NCBI GenBank assembly: GCA_019117285.1
Contig: DXAA01000013.1
Span: forward strand, 2,373 to 66,372
DNA from: Candidatus Limosilactobacillus intestinigallinarum
GTDB taxonomy: Bacteria > Bacillota > Bacilli > Lactobacillales > Lactobacillaceae
Length of the DNA stretch: 64,000 bases
Reading direction: 5' to 3'
The translations under genes were made by a program, and so were the position numbers. The notes beneath the pieces were generated by a model, which made no database searches, was not told the DNA's origin, and saw only the letters and a list, made by a program, of their open reading frames with translations. Below, one piece after another: positions 1 to 10,821 of the stretch. Within the stretch, counting starts at the first letter, position 1, and the number at the start of each line of letters is the position of its first letter.

Positions 1-755
1 ACGACGTTCGCCAGTCCTTTGAAACCTACGGCCGGCAGGTCAAGAAGGCCATCTTCGCCTGGGGGGACGACGAGAACCTCCACAAGCTCGACGTTGACGT
101 GCCAATCTACTACTACGGGACCGGTGACCAGGACGACTTCCGGGCCGAGAACATCCAACGGACGCCGGCCGGGTCCACCTACGACGCCTACTTCCGCGAC
201 CAGAAGCTGGGGACCTTTACCATCCACCTCTACGGTGAGCACAGCGTCCTGAACAGTCTGGCGGTCCTGGCAGTGGCCTACATGGAACACGTTGACATGG
301 CCGACATCAAGAAGGAGCTGGCCAACTTCACCGGGGTCAAGCGGCGGTTCAGCGAGACCGACGTGGCCGACGATAAGATGATCGACGACTACGCCCACCA
401 CCCGAGTGAGATCAAGGCCACAATCGACGCCGCCCGGCAGAAGTACCCGGACAAGCAGATCATCGCCGTCTTCCAGCCCCACACCTACTCCCGGCTGGCG
501 GCCTACATCGACGGCTTTGCCAGCTCACTCAGCCGGGCCGACAAGGTTTACGTTACCCCAATCTTCGGTTCCATCCGGGAAAACAAGGGGAACATCTCCA
601 GTGCCGACCTAGAGGCCAAGATTCCGGGCAGCGAGGGCATCGACATGGATTCGATCGACAAGCTGGCCCAGTACCACGACGCCGTCCTCATCTTCATGGG
701 TGCCGGTGACGTCGAGAAGTACGAGGATAAGTATAAAGAAATCCTTAATAAGTAA
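1..755 (+). CDS. murC: UDP-N-acetylmuramate--L-alanine ligase, 5' partial
   Basis: Frame is open from position 3. Motifs [16 protein letters not shown] and VFQPHTYSR are typical of the MurC C-terminal half. Confidence 0.95.
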   Translation, partial: DVRQSFETYGRQVKKAIFAWGDDENLHKLDVDVPIYYYGTGDQDDFRAENIQRTPAGSTYDAYFRDQKLGTFTIHLYGEHSVLNSLAVLAVAYMEHVDMADIKKELANFTGVKRRFSETDVADDKMIDDYAHHPSEIKATIDAARQKYPDKQIIAVFQPHTYSRLAAYIDGFASSLSRADKVYVTPIFGSIRENKGNISSADLEAKIPGSEGIDMDSIDKLAQYHDAVLIFMGAGDVEKYEDKYKEILNK

Positions 756-851
756 AAATATTAGACAAAAATGGTAGTGGTCGCTACCATTTTTATGTTA
801 TTTTAGGGTTGCTTAAGTTTTTATAATTGAATAAGAAAGAGGGATTATCTG

Positions 852-1565
852 ATGGATAACTTTTCTAATGGTTCGGGCCGGCGGATTGTGACCGACGCGG
901 CGGGATTGAATCGTTTCCTGACCCGGATGTATGGGAACATGACCCTGGCCGTTTTGGTTTCGGCATTGAGTGCCTACCTAACGATGACGGTCTTCCGTGC
1001 CCAGGTGATGGGCTTCTTCGGCCAACACCCGGCCATGGTCTGGATCATTCTGTTGCTGCCGATTGCCCTGTCAATGGGGGTCAGCTTCAGCGCGACCCGT
1101 AACCCGGTCGGTGGCTTTGTCATGCTGCTGTTGACAGCGATCATCTACGGGGTTGAATTTGCCCTGATCGCCGGCGTCTACACGGGGGCCGACATCGCGG
1201 CAGCCTTCGTTTCATCCGCGGCGGTCTTCGCCACGATGGCCATCTACGGGACGGTCACCAAGCGCGACCTGAGCCGGTTTGGTGCTCACGCCATGGCGGC
1301 CCTGGTGGCCCTGATGATTGCCTGGATTGTCAACATGTTCCTGCACAGTCCGGCCATCACTTACATCTTCTCGTTCATTGCCGTCATCATCTTCGTTGTC
1401 CTGACGGCCTGGGATGCCCAGAAGATGAAGCAAATTTACATGAACTACAGTGAACAAAGCTCGATGACGGGGCTGGCAGTCCTGGGGGCCTTACAGCTCT
1501 ACCTCGACTTCATCAACCTCTTCCTCTCATTCCTCCAGATCTTTGGGATGAGCGAGCGCGACTAA
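852..1565 (+). CDS. Bax inhibitor-1/YccA family membrane protein
   Basis: About 7 hydrophobic segments; C-terminal AWDAQKMK...GALQLYLDFINLFL signature. Confidence 0.9.
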   Translation: MDNFSNGSGRRIVTDAAGLNRFLTRMYGNMTLAVLVSALSAYLTMTVFRAQVMGFFGQHPAMVWIILLLPIALSMGVSFSATRNPVGGFVMLLLTAIIYGVEFALIAGVYTGADIAAAFVSSAAVFATMAIYGTVTKRDLSRFGAHAMAALVALMIAWIVNMFLHSPAITYIFSFIAVIIFVVLTAWDAQKMKQIYMNYSEQSSMTGLAVLGALQLYLDFINLFLSFLQIFGMSERD

Positions 1566-1603
1566 CAATAAAAGCCAAGCGAGGATTCTTTCTCGCCTGG
1601 CTT

Positions 1604-2281
1604 TTATTGTTTACCCTCGATTGACCACTTCTGGAGGTAGTAGGTGACGTTGATAATGAGGATGATTAGGACCGCCAGCCAGATGGTCTTCATGTGAAGG
1701 ATCGGCTGGACCTGGGCGGAGGCAATCGCGCCGAGGGCGAAGCTGATGACGATCACGGTGTAGTCGAGGGCCGGTTGGCGCTGGCTCTGGTCGTGGTGGA
1801 AGTAGTACTCGCTCCAGGCCACCACGGACTTCTTGATGTTGCCACTGGTGAAGACACTGCTGTAACCGAGGCCCTCGATTTTGGTGAAGGCAGCGTTCTG
1901 CATGGCGAGACCAAAGGAGATCGCCGGGACACTGATGTAGGTCGGGAAGCTTGCCGGTAGCCCGCCAACGATGATCCCGATGACTAGGATCGGCATCAGG
2001 CAGAAGACCCGCCAGTAGTGGGCAATATGGGCGTGGAAAACGCTGACGACGGCTAGGCCGATAATAAAGGCAATCAGTGAGGCGAGGCGGTCAACTACGC
2101 CGAGCAGGTTGTGGTTGGCCAGGGCGGCACTCAGGAAGACAATGTTTCCGGTCTGGGCCGCCGCCAGGGTGTGGTCACACTGAATGTAGGTGAAGGCGTC
2201 GGTGAAGCCCCCGCAAAAAGTGAGGGCGATGGCGAACAACCGGGCCTCGGCTAGGTGGCGTTGATCGATGAGCTTATGCAT
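1604..2281 (-). CDS. YoaK/DUF1275 family membrane protein
   Basis: GGFTDAFTY, AQTGN and MQNAAF...VFTSGN repeats; multi-pass hydrophobic protein. Confidence 0.85.
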   Translation of the reverse strand: MHKLIDQRHLAEARLFAIALTFCGGFTDAFTYIQCDHTLAAAQTGNIVFLSAALANHNLLGVVDRLASLIAFIIGLAVVSVFHAHIAHYWRVFCLMPILVIGIIVGGLPASFPTYISVPAISFGLAMQNAAFTKIEGLGYSSVFTSGNIKKSVVAWSEYYFHHDQSQRQPALDYTVIVISFALGAIASAQVQPILHMKTIWLAVLIILIINVTYYLQKWSIEGKQ

Positions 2282-2403
2282 GAAAATCAGTCCTTAAACA
2301 GTAGTCGTTGTTTATTATATTCCTGAAAAGACCGATCGGGAAAGTAACCCCGGCGACTAATCTTTGGTACAATTATTTTTAGAAAAAGAAGGGCGGGAAT
2401 TAA

Positions 2404-5067
2404 ATGACAAAACAATTACTATTGATTGATGGTAACAGCATCGTCTTCCGGGCGTTCTTTGCCATGCACAGCCAGATCGATAAGTTTACCAACAAGGATG
2501 GCCTGCACACGGCGGCCATCTACGGCTTCAAACTGATGCTGGACCACGTGCTGGACAGCTTTCATCCGGACGCGGCCCTGGTGGCCTTTGATGCTGGCAA
2601 GGTGACCTTCCGCACCAAGATGTATGGTGACTACAAGGGCGGGCGGAACAAGACCCCCGAGGAGCTGACCGAACAGCTGCCCTACGTCCGCCAGCTGGTC
2701 AAGGCGGCTGGCCTGCACAGCTACGAACTGCCCAATTACGAGGCCGATGACATCATCGGCACCCTGGCCAAGGAGGCTGATGATGCCGGCTACACGACCC
2801 TGATCGTGACCGGTGACCGGGACCTGACCCAACTGGCCAGCGACCACACCACGGTGGCGGTGACCCACAAGGGGGTTACCGAGACCGAGCACTATACCCC
2901 GGCCCACGTCGAGGAGAAGCTGGGGATCACCCCAACGCAGATTATCGATATGAAGGCCCTGATGGGTGATAGCTCGGATAACTACCCGGGTGTTACTAAG
3001 ATTGGGGAAAAGACGGCCCTGCGCCTGGTCAAGCAGTTTGGTTCGGTTGAGGGCCTCTACGACCACATCGATGAGCTCAAGAAGAGCAAGATGAAGGAGC
3101 ACCTGGTTGAAGAAGAGGACATTGCTCGGGAATGCAAGACCCTGGCGACGATCCTCCGCGACGCCCCGATCAAGATCGGGCTAGCCGACCTTACCTACCA
3201 GGGGGAACAAACTGAAGAACTGGTCGACTTCTACCAGCAGATGGACTTCAAGTCCTTCCTGAAGAAGATGAACGTTGCCCCCGAAGACGGTGAGCCGGCG
3301 GTGGCCCCGATTGAGTATACGGAGTTAGACGCCGACCAACTGGCCCAGCAGGTGGGCAAACTCAAGGGGCCCCTCAGCTTTTACCTGGAGATGCCTGTGG
3401 CCAATTACCACCTCTCGCCGTTTGCCGGCTTCGTGATCGGCGATGGTCAGCACTGGCTGGTTAGCCGTGATGCCGAGCTCCTCAAGCAGGCCCCACTCAA
3501 GAAGCTGCTGGAGGATCCGGCAACCATGAAGAACGTCTTCAACGCCAAGGGCCAGATTGTCGGTCTGCACCGGCTGGGGATCAACCTGACCGGTGTCGAC
3601 TTCGACCTCTTGCTGGCTTCCTACTTGCTCAACACCAACGACAACAGCAACGACCTGGGCAAGGTGGCCGGTGAGCACGACTACCACAACGTCCAGACCG
3701 ACGAGGAGGTCTATGGCAAGGGGGTCAAGCGAGCGGTTCCCGACGACGACACAATCTTCTTCACCCACTTGGCCAACAAGGCTCGGGCGATTCTGGACCT
3801 GCGGACTCCCCTCTACGATCAGCTGAAGGAAAACCAACAGATGCCCCTCTACACCGACATCGAGCTGCCGCTGACCCGGGTCCTGGCCCAGATGGAGATG
3901 ACCGGGGTCCACGTCGATGCCCAGACCCTCAAGAACATGGGGAGCAAGCTCAAGGAACGCCTGGCCGAGATCGAGAGCCAGATCTATGAAGAGGCCGGTG
4001 AGGAGTTCAACATCAACTCCACCAAGCAGCTCGGCCACATCCTCTTTGAGAAGCTGAAGCTGCCAGTGATCAAGAAGACCAAGACCGGCTATTCCACGGC
4101 CGTCGATGTCCTGGAGAAGCTGGCTGACCGGGCACCAATCGTGGCCCAGATCCTCGAGTACCGGCAGATCGCCAAGCTTCAGTCGACCTACATCACCGGC
4201 CTGCTCAAGGTGATCCACTCCAGTGACCAGAAGATCCACACCCGCTACCTGCAGACCCTGACCCAGACCGGGCGCCTGTCCTCGGTTGATCCGAACCTGC
4301 AGAACATCCCGGTTCGGCTTCCCGAGGGTCGCCAGATCCGGCGGGCCTTCGTGCCGAGCCATCAGGGCTGGCAGATCTTCTCCTCTGATTATTCCCAGGT
4401 GGAGCTACGGGTCCTGGCCCACATCACGGGGGACAAGAACCTCCAGGAGGACTTCAAGAATGGTGAAGATATTCACGCCAGCACGGCTCGGCGGATCTTC
4501 CACCTGCCGGCCGACGCCGCAATTGACCCGAACATGCGGCGGCGGGCCAAGGCGGTCAACTTCGGGATCGTCTACGGGATCAGTGATTATGGGCTGGCCC
4601 AGCGGATCCATGTCAGCCGTGCTCAGGCTCACGAGTTCATCCAGAACTACTTCCACGAGTTCCCCGGGGTGGAGAAGTACATTCACGACACGGTGGCCTA
4701 TGCCAAGGAACACGGCTACGTGGAGACGATCACTCACCGGCGGCGCTACCTGCCCGATATCAACGCCAAGAGCTTCAGCCGGCGCTCGTTTGCCGAACGG
4801 ACGGCGATGAACACCCCAATCCAGGGGAGTGCGGCCGACATCATCAAGATCGCCATGATCCGGATGCAACACGAACTGGAGCAACGCCAGCTTCAGGCGA
4901 AGATGCTTCTCCAGATTCACGACGAATTGGTCTTCGAGGCCCCTAAGGAAGAAATCCCGGTATTACAGAAGCTGGTTCCCCAGGTGATGGACTCGGCCGT
5001 CAAGCTGGATGTCCCGCTGAAGGTGGACAGCAAGTTCGGCGATACCTGGTACGATCTTAAGAAGTAA
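2404..5067 (+). CDS. polA: DNA polymerase I
   Basis: 5'-3' exonuclease (LLIDGNS, YEADD) and polymerase motifs DYSQVELR, KAVNFGIVYG, QIHDELVFE. Confidence 0.99.
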   Translation: MTKQLLLIDGNSIVFRAFFAMHSQIDKFTNKDGLHTAAIYGFKLMLDHVLDSFHPDAALVAFDAGKVTFRTKMYGDYKGGRNKTPEELTEQLPYVRQLVKAAGLHSYELPNYEADDIIGTLAKEADDAGYTTLIVTGDRDLTQLASDHTTVAVTHKGVTETEHYTPAHVEEKLGITPTQIIDMKALMGDSSDNYPGVTKIGEKTALRLVKQFGSVEGLYDHIDELKKSKMKEHLVEEEDIARECKTLATILRDAPIKIGLADLTYQGEQTEELVDFYQQMDFKSFLKKMNVAPEDGEPAVAPIEYTELDADQLAQQVGKLKGPLSFYLEMPVANYHLSPFAGFVIGDGQHWLVSRDAELLKQAPLKKLLEDPATMKNVFNAKGQIVGLHRLGINLTGVDFDLLLASYLLNTNDNSNDLGKVAGEHDYHNVQTDEEVYGKGVKRAVPDDDTIFFTHLANKARAILDLRTPLYDQLKENQQMPLYTDIELPLTRVLAQMEMTGVHVDAQTLKNMGSKLKERLAEIESQIYEEAGEEFNINSTKQLGHILFEKLKLPVIKKTKTGYSTAVDVLEKLADRAPIVAQILEYRQIAKLQSTYITGLLKVIHSSDQKIHTRYLQTLTQTGRLSSVDPNLQNIPVRLPEGRQIRRAFVPSHQGWQIFSSDYSQVELRVLAHITGDKNLQEDFKNGEDIHASTARRIFHLPADAAIDPNMRRRAKAVNFGIVYGISDYGLAQRIHVSRAQAHEFIQNYFHEFPGVEKYIHDTVAYAKEHGYVETITHRRRYLPDINAKSFSRRSFAERTAMNTPIQGSAADIIKIAMIRMQHELEQRQLQAKMLLQIHDELVFEAPKEEIPVLQKLVPQVMDSAVKLDVPLKVDSKFGDTWYDLKK

Positions 5068-5081
5068 GGAAGTCATTCAAG

Positions 5082-5918
5082 TTGCCAGAATTACCAGAAG
5101 TGGAAACCGTCCGCCGCGGTCTGCTGAAGATTGCTAAGGGACGTAAGATTAATGCTATCGATGTTTACTATGGAAAGACCATCACCAACGATGTCGAGGA
5201 GTTTCGCCAGGCCCTGATCGGCCAGACAATTACGGATATCGACCGGCGGGGCAAGTACCTGCTCTTCCGGTTCAGCAACGACCTGACGATGGTCTCCCAC
5301 CTCCGCATGGAAGGCCAGTACTTCAGCCAGCCAATCGGTGGGCCGCTTGACAAGCACACCCACGTCATCTTTCAGTTCACGGACGGTACGGAGCTTTGCT
5401 ACCACGATACCCGCAAGTTTGGCCGGATGACCCTGGTGAAGACCGGGGATGAGATGCAGGTTGGTGGACTCAAGACAATCGGGCCAGAACCGACGCCGGA
5501 AGCCTTCAAGTTGGACTTCTTCGCTGCTGAACTCCATAAGAGTCGGGGGAAGATCAAGCCCTTCCTCCTCAACCAGCACCATGTTGCCGGCCTGGGTAAC
5601 ATCTATGCCGACGAGGTCCTCTGGATGAGCAAGATCAATCCAGAACAACCCGCCAACACCCTGACCGATTCGCAGATCCAGTCCCTGCATGACAACATCA
5701 TTGCGGAGCTCGCCCAGGCCATCAAGTACAAGGGAACGACGGTCCACACCTTTGCTAACGCCTTCGGGGACGCCGGGGGCTTCCAGAAACGACTCAATGC
5801 CTATGGCCACGGTGGGGATAAGTGTCCGCGCTGCGGTACCAAGATGGTTAAGATCAAGGTGGCTCAGCGGGGGACCACCTACTGTCCCCATTGCCAGCCA
5901 CTACGGGAGGTTCAGTGA
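5082..5918 (+). CDS. mutM: Formamidopyrimidine-DNA glycosylase
   Basis: N-terminal PELPEVE, HLRMEG, GLGNIYADE, C-terminal CPRC...CPHC zinc finger; TTG start. Confidence 0.98.
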   Translation: MPELPEVETVRRGLLKIAKGRKINAIDVYYGKTITNDVEEFRQALIGQTITDIDRRGKYLLFRFSNDLTMVSHLRMEGQYFSQPIGGPLDKHTHVIFQFTDGTELCYHDTRKFGRMTLVKTGDEMQVGGLKTIGPEPTPEAFKLDFFAAELHKSRGKIKPFLLNQHHVAGLGNIYADEVLWMSKINPEQPANTLTDSQIQSLHDNIIAELAQAIKYKGTTVHTFANAFGDAGGFQKRLNAYGHGGDKCPRCGTKMVKIKVAQRGTTYCPHCQPLREVQ

Positions 5919-6520
5919 TGACCAGAATCATTGGTTTAACCGGCGGCATCGCCAGTGGCAAGTCAACGGTCAGTAACCTCCTGCGCCAGGCGGGCCTCCC
6001 GATCATCGACGCCGATCAGGTTGCCCGCCAGGTCCAACGACCCGGTTCACCAGCCCTAGACAAGCTGGTGGCCGCTTTTGGCCATGAAATCATCGCCCCG
6101 GACGGCCATCTGGATCGGCAACGACTGGGGCAGCAAGTCTTCGCCGACCCAGCAGCCCGCCAGGAGCTTGACCGGATCATGCAGCCCCTGATCAGAGACG
6201 CCATCTGGCAAGCGGTTGAAAACTTCAAGAAACAGGGGGTGGCCAATGTCATCCTGGATGTGCCCCTCCTGTTTGAGGCAGGTTACGATGATGACTGCGA
6301 CCTGGTCGTGGTTGTGCGGGTAAGCCCGGCCACCGAACTACAGCGTCTGATGGCCCGCAATGGTTATTCCAAGACGGCCGCCCAGGCCCGGATCGCCGCC
6401 CAGCTGCCTCTGAGTACGAAGGTGGCCAAAGCGGATGTCGTGATCGACAACAACGGCGGCCTGGAACAAACGCGGCGCCAGGTAGCCCAATTGGTTGAAG
6501 ACCTGCAGGGCACGCAGTAA
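5918..6520 (+). CDS. coaE: Dephospho-CoA kinase
   Basis: IGLTGGIASGKST P-loop, DVPLLFE. The ATG at 5918 overlaps the mutM stop; the ORF-track start at 5891 is probably too early. Confidence 0.96.
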   Translation: MTRIIGLTGGIASGKSTVSNLLRQAGLPIIDADQVARQVQRPGSPALDKLVAAFGHEIIAPDGHLDRQRLGQQVFADPAARQELDRIMQPLIRDAIWQAVENFKKQGVANVILDVPLLFEAGYDDDCDLVVVVRVSPATELQRLMARNGYSKTAAQARIAAQLPLSTKVAKADVVIDNNGGLEQTRRQVAQLVEDLQGTQ

Positions 6521-6560
6521 AATAAAGTATTACCTAACTAGTTAAAAGGAGGGGAACGCT

Positions 6561-7028
6561 TTGCGATGCCCACACTGTCATAAAAATGGTTCGCGGGTGG
6601 TCGACAGCCGTCCTAGTGAGGATGGCACCTTTATCCGTCGCCGGCGTGAATGTGTCCACTGCGGCTTCCGCTTTACCACTTTCGAACGCTACGAGGAGAC
6701 ACCGTTGCTCGTCATCAAGAAGGATGGCACCCGGCAAGAGTTTAGCCGGCAGAAGATCTTGAACGGGATTGTCCGGTCCGCCGAGAAGCGGCCGGTAAGT
6801 ATGGAGCGCCTGACCAAGCTGACCGACAAGGTGGAGAAGCAGGTGCGGGGACTCGGTGAGAACGAGGTTTCCAGCCAGGTCATCGGTAAGTTTGTGATGA
6901 ACGAACTGAAAAACGTCGACGAGATCGCCTACATCCGCTTTGCCAGTGTCTACCGTCAGTTCAAGGACGTGGACGCCTTCATGAGCGAGTTGGAAACGAT
7001 GGTCAAGGATGAACACAAGAAGAAGTAG
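6561..7028 (+). CDS. nrdR: Transcriptional repressor NrdR
   Basis: CPHC...VVDSR...IRRRRECVHC zinc ribbon plus ATP cone, AYIRFASVY. Confidence 0.98.
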   Translation: MRCPHCHKNGSRVVDSRPSEDGTFIRRRRECVHCGFRFTTFERYEETPLLVIKKDGTRQEFSRQKILNGIVRSAEKRPVSMERLTKLTDKVEKQVRGLGENEVSSQVIGKFVMNELKNVDEIAYIRFASVYRQFKDVDAFMSELETMVKDEHKKK

Positions 7029-7039
7029 GGGGTTAGAGC

Positions 7040-8392
7040 GTGACGGGGCCAAGTTTTGATCCGCAGGCGGGTTATCTCGTGACCGCCGCGGCAGACTTTA
7101 TCAACTTCAGTGACCAGACCTTCACGAATTTCTATCAGCCGGTGTTGGGTCCGGTAGCCTTTAGCCTCTTCTATGCCCTGCGCAGCCAGCTCATCGCTGC
7201 CCCGACCCTGGCTGATCGGCGTCTCCAGTCGACCCTGTTGGTCCAGATCAATGCTGGGCAGAATCAAGTGAGCGAGGGCCTGCGTCGCCTGGAGGGAATG
7301 GGGATTGTTACCACCTACTTCCAGCATGACGCCCAGGGGGATCTCTACGTCTACGAGCTTCAAGCAACCCTGACGCCTGCTAAGTTCTTAAACGACAACC
7401 TGCTGAGTGTGCTCTTGCTGGAGGCCATCGGTGAACCGGCCTTTAAGCGGTTGGTCAAGCGGGCCCGTCGTTACCAGTTGACCGGTGACCGGACCGGGTT
7501 AAAGAACATCAGTCACCACTTCCTGGACACCTATCAGGTGGACCAGCGAGAAGTGGTGAATGTCCCAGCTGCCGTCAAGCAGGCCCAAGTGACGGCCCCG
7601 ACTACTCAGCCACGTTCCCTGGTGACCACGAGTGCCGATTTCGACTGGCCGACTCTGCTGGCCCTCTTGAAGGGGCAACCGGTAGCCCGTGACGACCTCG
7701 CCAGCCACCGGGAGCTGATCGAGGTGGAACATCAGCTCTATGGAATTGACGAGCCGACAATGGCCCGCTTGATCCGGGGAGCCCTGGACCTGGCGACCAA
7801 CCACTTCGACGCCAAGAAGTTCAAACGCCAGGTGGCAGCCCACTACAAGCAGGCAGCCAGTTCCGCCGCAACTCCTAAGCACGAGGTCAATGATAATGAT
7901 TCGCGATTGACCGATAAGGACCGTCAGTTGCTGAAGAGCACCGATAACTATGCCCCGGTGGCCTTTCTTCAGGCCCTCAAGGAGCAGACCGGGGGCTACG
8001 TGACTGCCAGTGAGCGAAATGTCTTGACTCGCCTGATTCAGGACGGTAAGTTGCCGTCACCGGTCATCAACGTCCTGGTCTGGTACGTCATCGCCGACCT
8101 CGGTAACGCCACCCTGAAGGGCAGCTTTGTGGATGCCATTGCCAACGACTGGCTACGGGCCGGAGTTCATGATGGTGCTGGCGCCCTGATTCAGTTGAAA
8201 AAATTTAACCAGGATCGGCAACAGGGTGCGGTTAAGCGGAGTAACAAGAAGCATAGTTACCGGCGAATGGAGGTTCGCGAGACAATGCCGGACTGGAGCA
8301 AGCAGGATGAGGCCGCCCGGACCAAGAAGGCCTCGGCGGCGGCCCTGGCCAAGGCCCGGGCCCGGCAGGCTAATAATCGGAAGGGGAGGTGA
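7040..8392 (+). CDS. dnaB: Replication initiation/helicase loader DnaB (Firmicutes type)
   Basis: FYQPVLG N-terminus, VINVL...AIANDW DnaD-like domain; canonical nrdR-dnaB-dnaI order. Confidence 0.88.
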   Translation: MTGPSFDPQAGYLVTAAADFINFSDQTFTNFYQPVLGPVAFSLFYALRSQLIAAPTLADRRLQSTLLVQINAGQNQVSEGLRRLEGMGIVTTYFQHDAQGDLYVYELQATLTPAKFLNDNLLSVLLLEAIGEPAFKRLVKRARRYQLTGDRTGLKNISHHFLDTYQVDQREVVNVPAAVKQAQVTAPTTQPRSLVTTSADFDWPTLLALLKGQPVARDDLASHRELIEVEHQLYGIDEPTMARLIRGALDLATNHFDAKKFKRQVAAHYKQAASSAATPKHEVNDNDSRLTDKDRQLLKSTDNYAPVAFLQALKEQTGGYVTASERNVLTRLIQDGKLPSPVINVLVWYVIADLGNATLKGSFVDAIANDWLRAGVHDGAGALIQLKKFNQDRQQGAVKRSNKKHSYRRMEVRETMPDWSKQDEAARTKKASAAALAKARARQANNRKGR

Positions 8393-9336
8393 CTACTTTG
8401 GAATCGCTAAACAAGACAATTCAGAAGATGATGCAGGGCCGCAACGTGGCGTCCAGCATGGATCAGGTGATGAAGCAGGTCTACCAGGATCCCGAGGTCC
8501 GGAATTTCCTGACCCAGCACCAGGACCAGCTGACCAAGGAGAGCATCCGGCGGGGCCGGTCCAAGCTGTACGAGTTCTTCCACGAAAAACAGCTGATCAA
8601 GGCGGGCAAGGCGACGGTGGCCCCTGGCTACTCACCGCAGCTCCAGCTGGTGGCCGGGCAGATTGACGTGACCTATGTGCCGACCCAGCAGCTGCTTGAG
8701 CGCCGCCACCAGGAACACCTCCGTCAGCTGGTCAACTCGATCAACATGCCGAAGTTCATCCGCCGGGCCAGCCTGGATGACTACTACCTCGATGACCAGA
8801 ACGGCACGGAAGGCCGGGTGATGGCCTACAACGCCGCCAACGACTTCATCGATAACTACCAGCCAGATCACTTCCGGCCGGGTCTCTACCTGACGGGAAG
8901 CTTTGGGGTCGGTAAGACCTACCTGTTGGCGGCGACGGCCAATAAGCTGGCCGAGCATGACGTGGCTACCACGATGGTCCACTTCCCGAGCTTTGCCGTC
9001 GAGATGAAGAATTCGATTCGGACCAATGAGGCCGGGCCCAAGATCGACGCGGTCAAAAAGGCCCCGGTCCTGATGCTGGATGACATCGGGGCCGATGCCA
9101 TGTCGACCTGGGTTCGTGACGACGTCCTCGGCGTGATCCTGGAGTACCGGATGCAGGAGGAGTTGCCGACCTTCTTCAGTTCCAACTTCTCGATGGACCA
9201 GCTGGAGAAAGAGCACCTGGCGATTAACAACCAGGGGGTCGTGGAACCGGTCAAGGCGGCCCGGATCATGGAGCGGATCAAGTTCCTCTCCAGGGAGATC
9301 ACGATGAATGGGGAAAATCTGCGAAAAAAGGGATAA
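8389..9336 (+). CDS. dnaI: Primosomal protein DnaI
   Basis: Walker A GSFGVGKT, LMLDDIGA, WVRDDVLGVILEYRM, ARIMERI. Confidence 0.96.
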   Translation: MTTLESLNKTIQKMMQGRNVASSMDQVMKQVYQDPEVRNFLTQHQDQLTKESIRRGRSKLYEFFHEKQLIKAGKATVAPGYSPQLQLVAGQIDVTYVPTQQLLERRHQEHLRQLVNSINMPKFIRRASLDDYYLDDQNGTEGRVMAYNAANDFIDNYQPDHFRPGLYLTGSFGVGKTYLLAATANKLAEHDVATTMVHFPSFAVEMKNSIRTNEAGPKIDAVKKAPVLMLDDIGADAMSTWVRDDVLGVILEYRMQEELPTFFSSNFSMDQLEKEHLAINNQGVVEPVKAARIMERIKFLSREITMNGENLRKKG

Positions 9337-9340
9337 TCCC

Positions 9341-9369
9341 TTGACATTCATCAGTTAATTTTGTAGTCT
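9341..9369 (+). promoter_or_regulatory. Sigma-A promoter of infC-rpmI-rplT
   Basis: TTGACA-17 bp-TAGTCT directly before the L20 leader. Confidence 0.75.
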
Positions 9370-9384
9370 AGTAAACGTTGAAAG

Positions 9385-9510
9385 AAAAAGCAGAAGCACC
9401 CGCTTCTCGCCTGGGCGACAAGGGTCGTCGGGCTGACGAGATGAAATTGAGCAGACGAACGAGGTCTGTTCCTATTGAGCGGGGTGCACTGTGCGTCCCG
9501 CTTTTTTTGC
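9385..9510 (+). ncRNA. L20 ribosomal protein leader (attenuator)
   Basis: AAGCAGAAGCACCCGCTTCTC 5' motif and GC-rich terminator AGCGGGGTGCAC...GTGCGTCCCGCT-T7, upstream of infC-rpmI-rplT. Confidence 0.85.
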
Positions 9511-9546
9511 TTGATCTTTCGCTAATAAAATTGGAGGTGCGTTGCC

Positions 9547-10071
9547 ATAGCACAAGATATGATTGTCAATAACGGTATTCGTGCACGGGAAGTGCGGCTG
9601 ATTGACCAGAACGGTGAACAGTTAGGGATCAAGTCGAAGCGTGAAGCACTTCAATTGGCAGAAGATGCCAACCTTGATTTGGTGTTAGTAGCACCAAAGG
9701 CACGGCCAGCTGTTGCCCGCATTATGGATTACGGTAAGTACCGTTTCGAGATGCAAAAGAAAGAGCGTGAAGCTCGTAAGAAACAAAAGACAGTAACCGT
9801 CAAGGAAATTCGCCTGAGCCCATCGATCGACACGAACGACTTCAACGTCAAGCTGAAGCGGGTTCGTAAGTTCATCGAAAAGGGTGACAAGGTTCGGGTT
9901 TCGTTACGTTTCCGTGGCCGTGCCATCACGCACAAGGATATCGGTCGTGACATGATTGAACGGATGGCTGAAGAAACTTCAGACATTGCTACTGTTGTCC
10001 AACGTCCAAAGATGGAGGGACGGAGCATCTTCCTGACGCTCGCCCCAGCTGCTGATAAAGCGAAAAATTAA
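9547..10071 (+). CDS. infC: Translation initiation factor IF-3 (probable non-canonical ATA start)
   Basis: [41 protein letters not shown] (9533-9539) lies 7 nt before an in-frame ATA at 9547; the first ATG is at 9559. Confidence 0.97.
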   Translation: MAQDMIVNNGIRAREVRLIDQNGEQLGIKSKREALQLAEDANLDLVLVAPKARPAVARIMDYGKYRFEMQKKEREARKKQKTVTVKEIRLSPSIDTNDFNVKLKRVRKFIEKGDKVRVSLRFRGRAITHKDIGRDMIERMAEETSDIATVVQRPKMEGRSIFLTLAPAADKAKN

Positions 10072-10093
10072 TTTAAGAAGGTAGGAATAAGTT

Positions 10094-10291
10094 ATGCCAA
10101 AGATGAAGACTAACCGCGCTGCTGCAAAGCGTTTCAAGCGTACTGCTAATGGTGGATTCAAGAGTGGTAACTCATTTACCAGTCACCGTTTCCACGGTAA
10201 GACCAAGAAGCAACGTCGTCAATTACGTGGCTTGAGCATGATGGACAAGTCCAACGTAAAGCGTTACAAGAAGTTACTGCCATTCAAGTAA
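10094..10291 (+). CDS. rpmI: 50S ribosomal protein L35
   Basis: [17 protein letters not shown]; position in operon. Confidence 0.98.
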   Translation: MPKMKTNRAAAKRFKRTANGGFKSGNSFTSHRFHGKTKKQRRQLRGLSMMDKSNVKRYKKLLPFK

Positions 10292-10335
10292 ACTTCAATC
10301 GAATAAATAATACATATACGTAGGAGGATTTCAAC

Positions 10336-10689
10336 ATGCGAGTTAAAGGTGGAACTGTTACGCGCGCACGTCGCAAGCGCATCATGAAGTTGGCAAAGGG
10401 TTACCGTGGTTCAAAGCACCGTCTGTTCAAGACTGCTAAGGACCAAGTAATGAAGAGTTACGTTTACGCTTTCCGTGATCGGAAGGTTAACAAGCGTAAG
10501 TTCCGTGAACTCTGGATTGCCCGGATCAACGCAGCTGCCCGGATTAACGACATCAGCTACAGCAAGTTGATGCACGGTCTGAAGCTGGCTAACATCGACA
10601 TCAACCGGAAGATGCTGGCTGACCTGGCTGTTAACGACCCAAAGGCATTCACTGCCCTCGTTGATGAAGCCAAGAAGGCCCTCAACTAA
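10336..10689 (+). CDS. rplT: 50S ribosomal protein L20
   Basis: RVKGG...KGYRG...[12 protein letters not shown]...[10 protein letters not shown]. Confidence 0.99.
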   Translation: MRVKGGTVTRARRKRIMKLAKGYRGSKHRLFKTAKDQVMKSYVYAFRDRKVNKRKFRELWIARINAAARINDISYSKLMHGLKLANIDINRKMLADLAVNDPKAFTALVDEAKKALN

Positions 10690-10702
10690 GATTGAAAATT
10701 TG

Positions 10703-10739
10703 AGCCACCCATCCCTTTATTTCGATGGGTGGCTTTTTT
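10703..10739 (+). terminator. Intrinsic terminator after rplT
   Basis: AGCCACCCATC...GATGGGTGGCT followed by a T-tract. Confidence 0.85.
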
Positions 10740-10821
10740 AATCGATGGGGTTGGCGGATCAATTGAAACCCGTCTGAACAATCGTTATAATTAATCTAAT
10801 ACTGCATAATGAGGTGCAATC

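Noticed and set aside
9368-9572. Short ORFs overlapping the infC leader
   Set aside because: Explained by the L20 leader RNA and its terminator.
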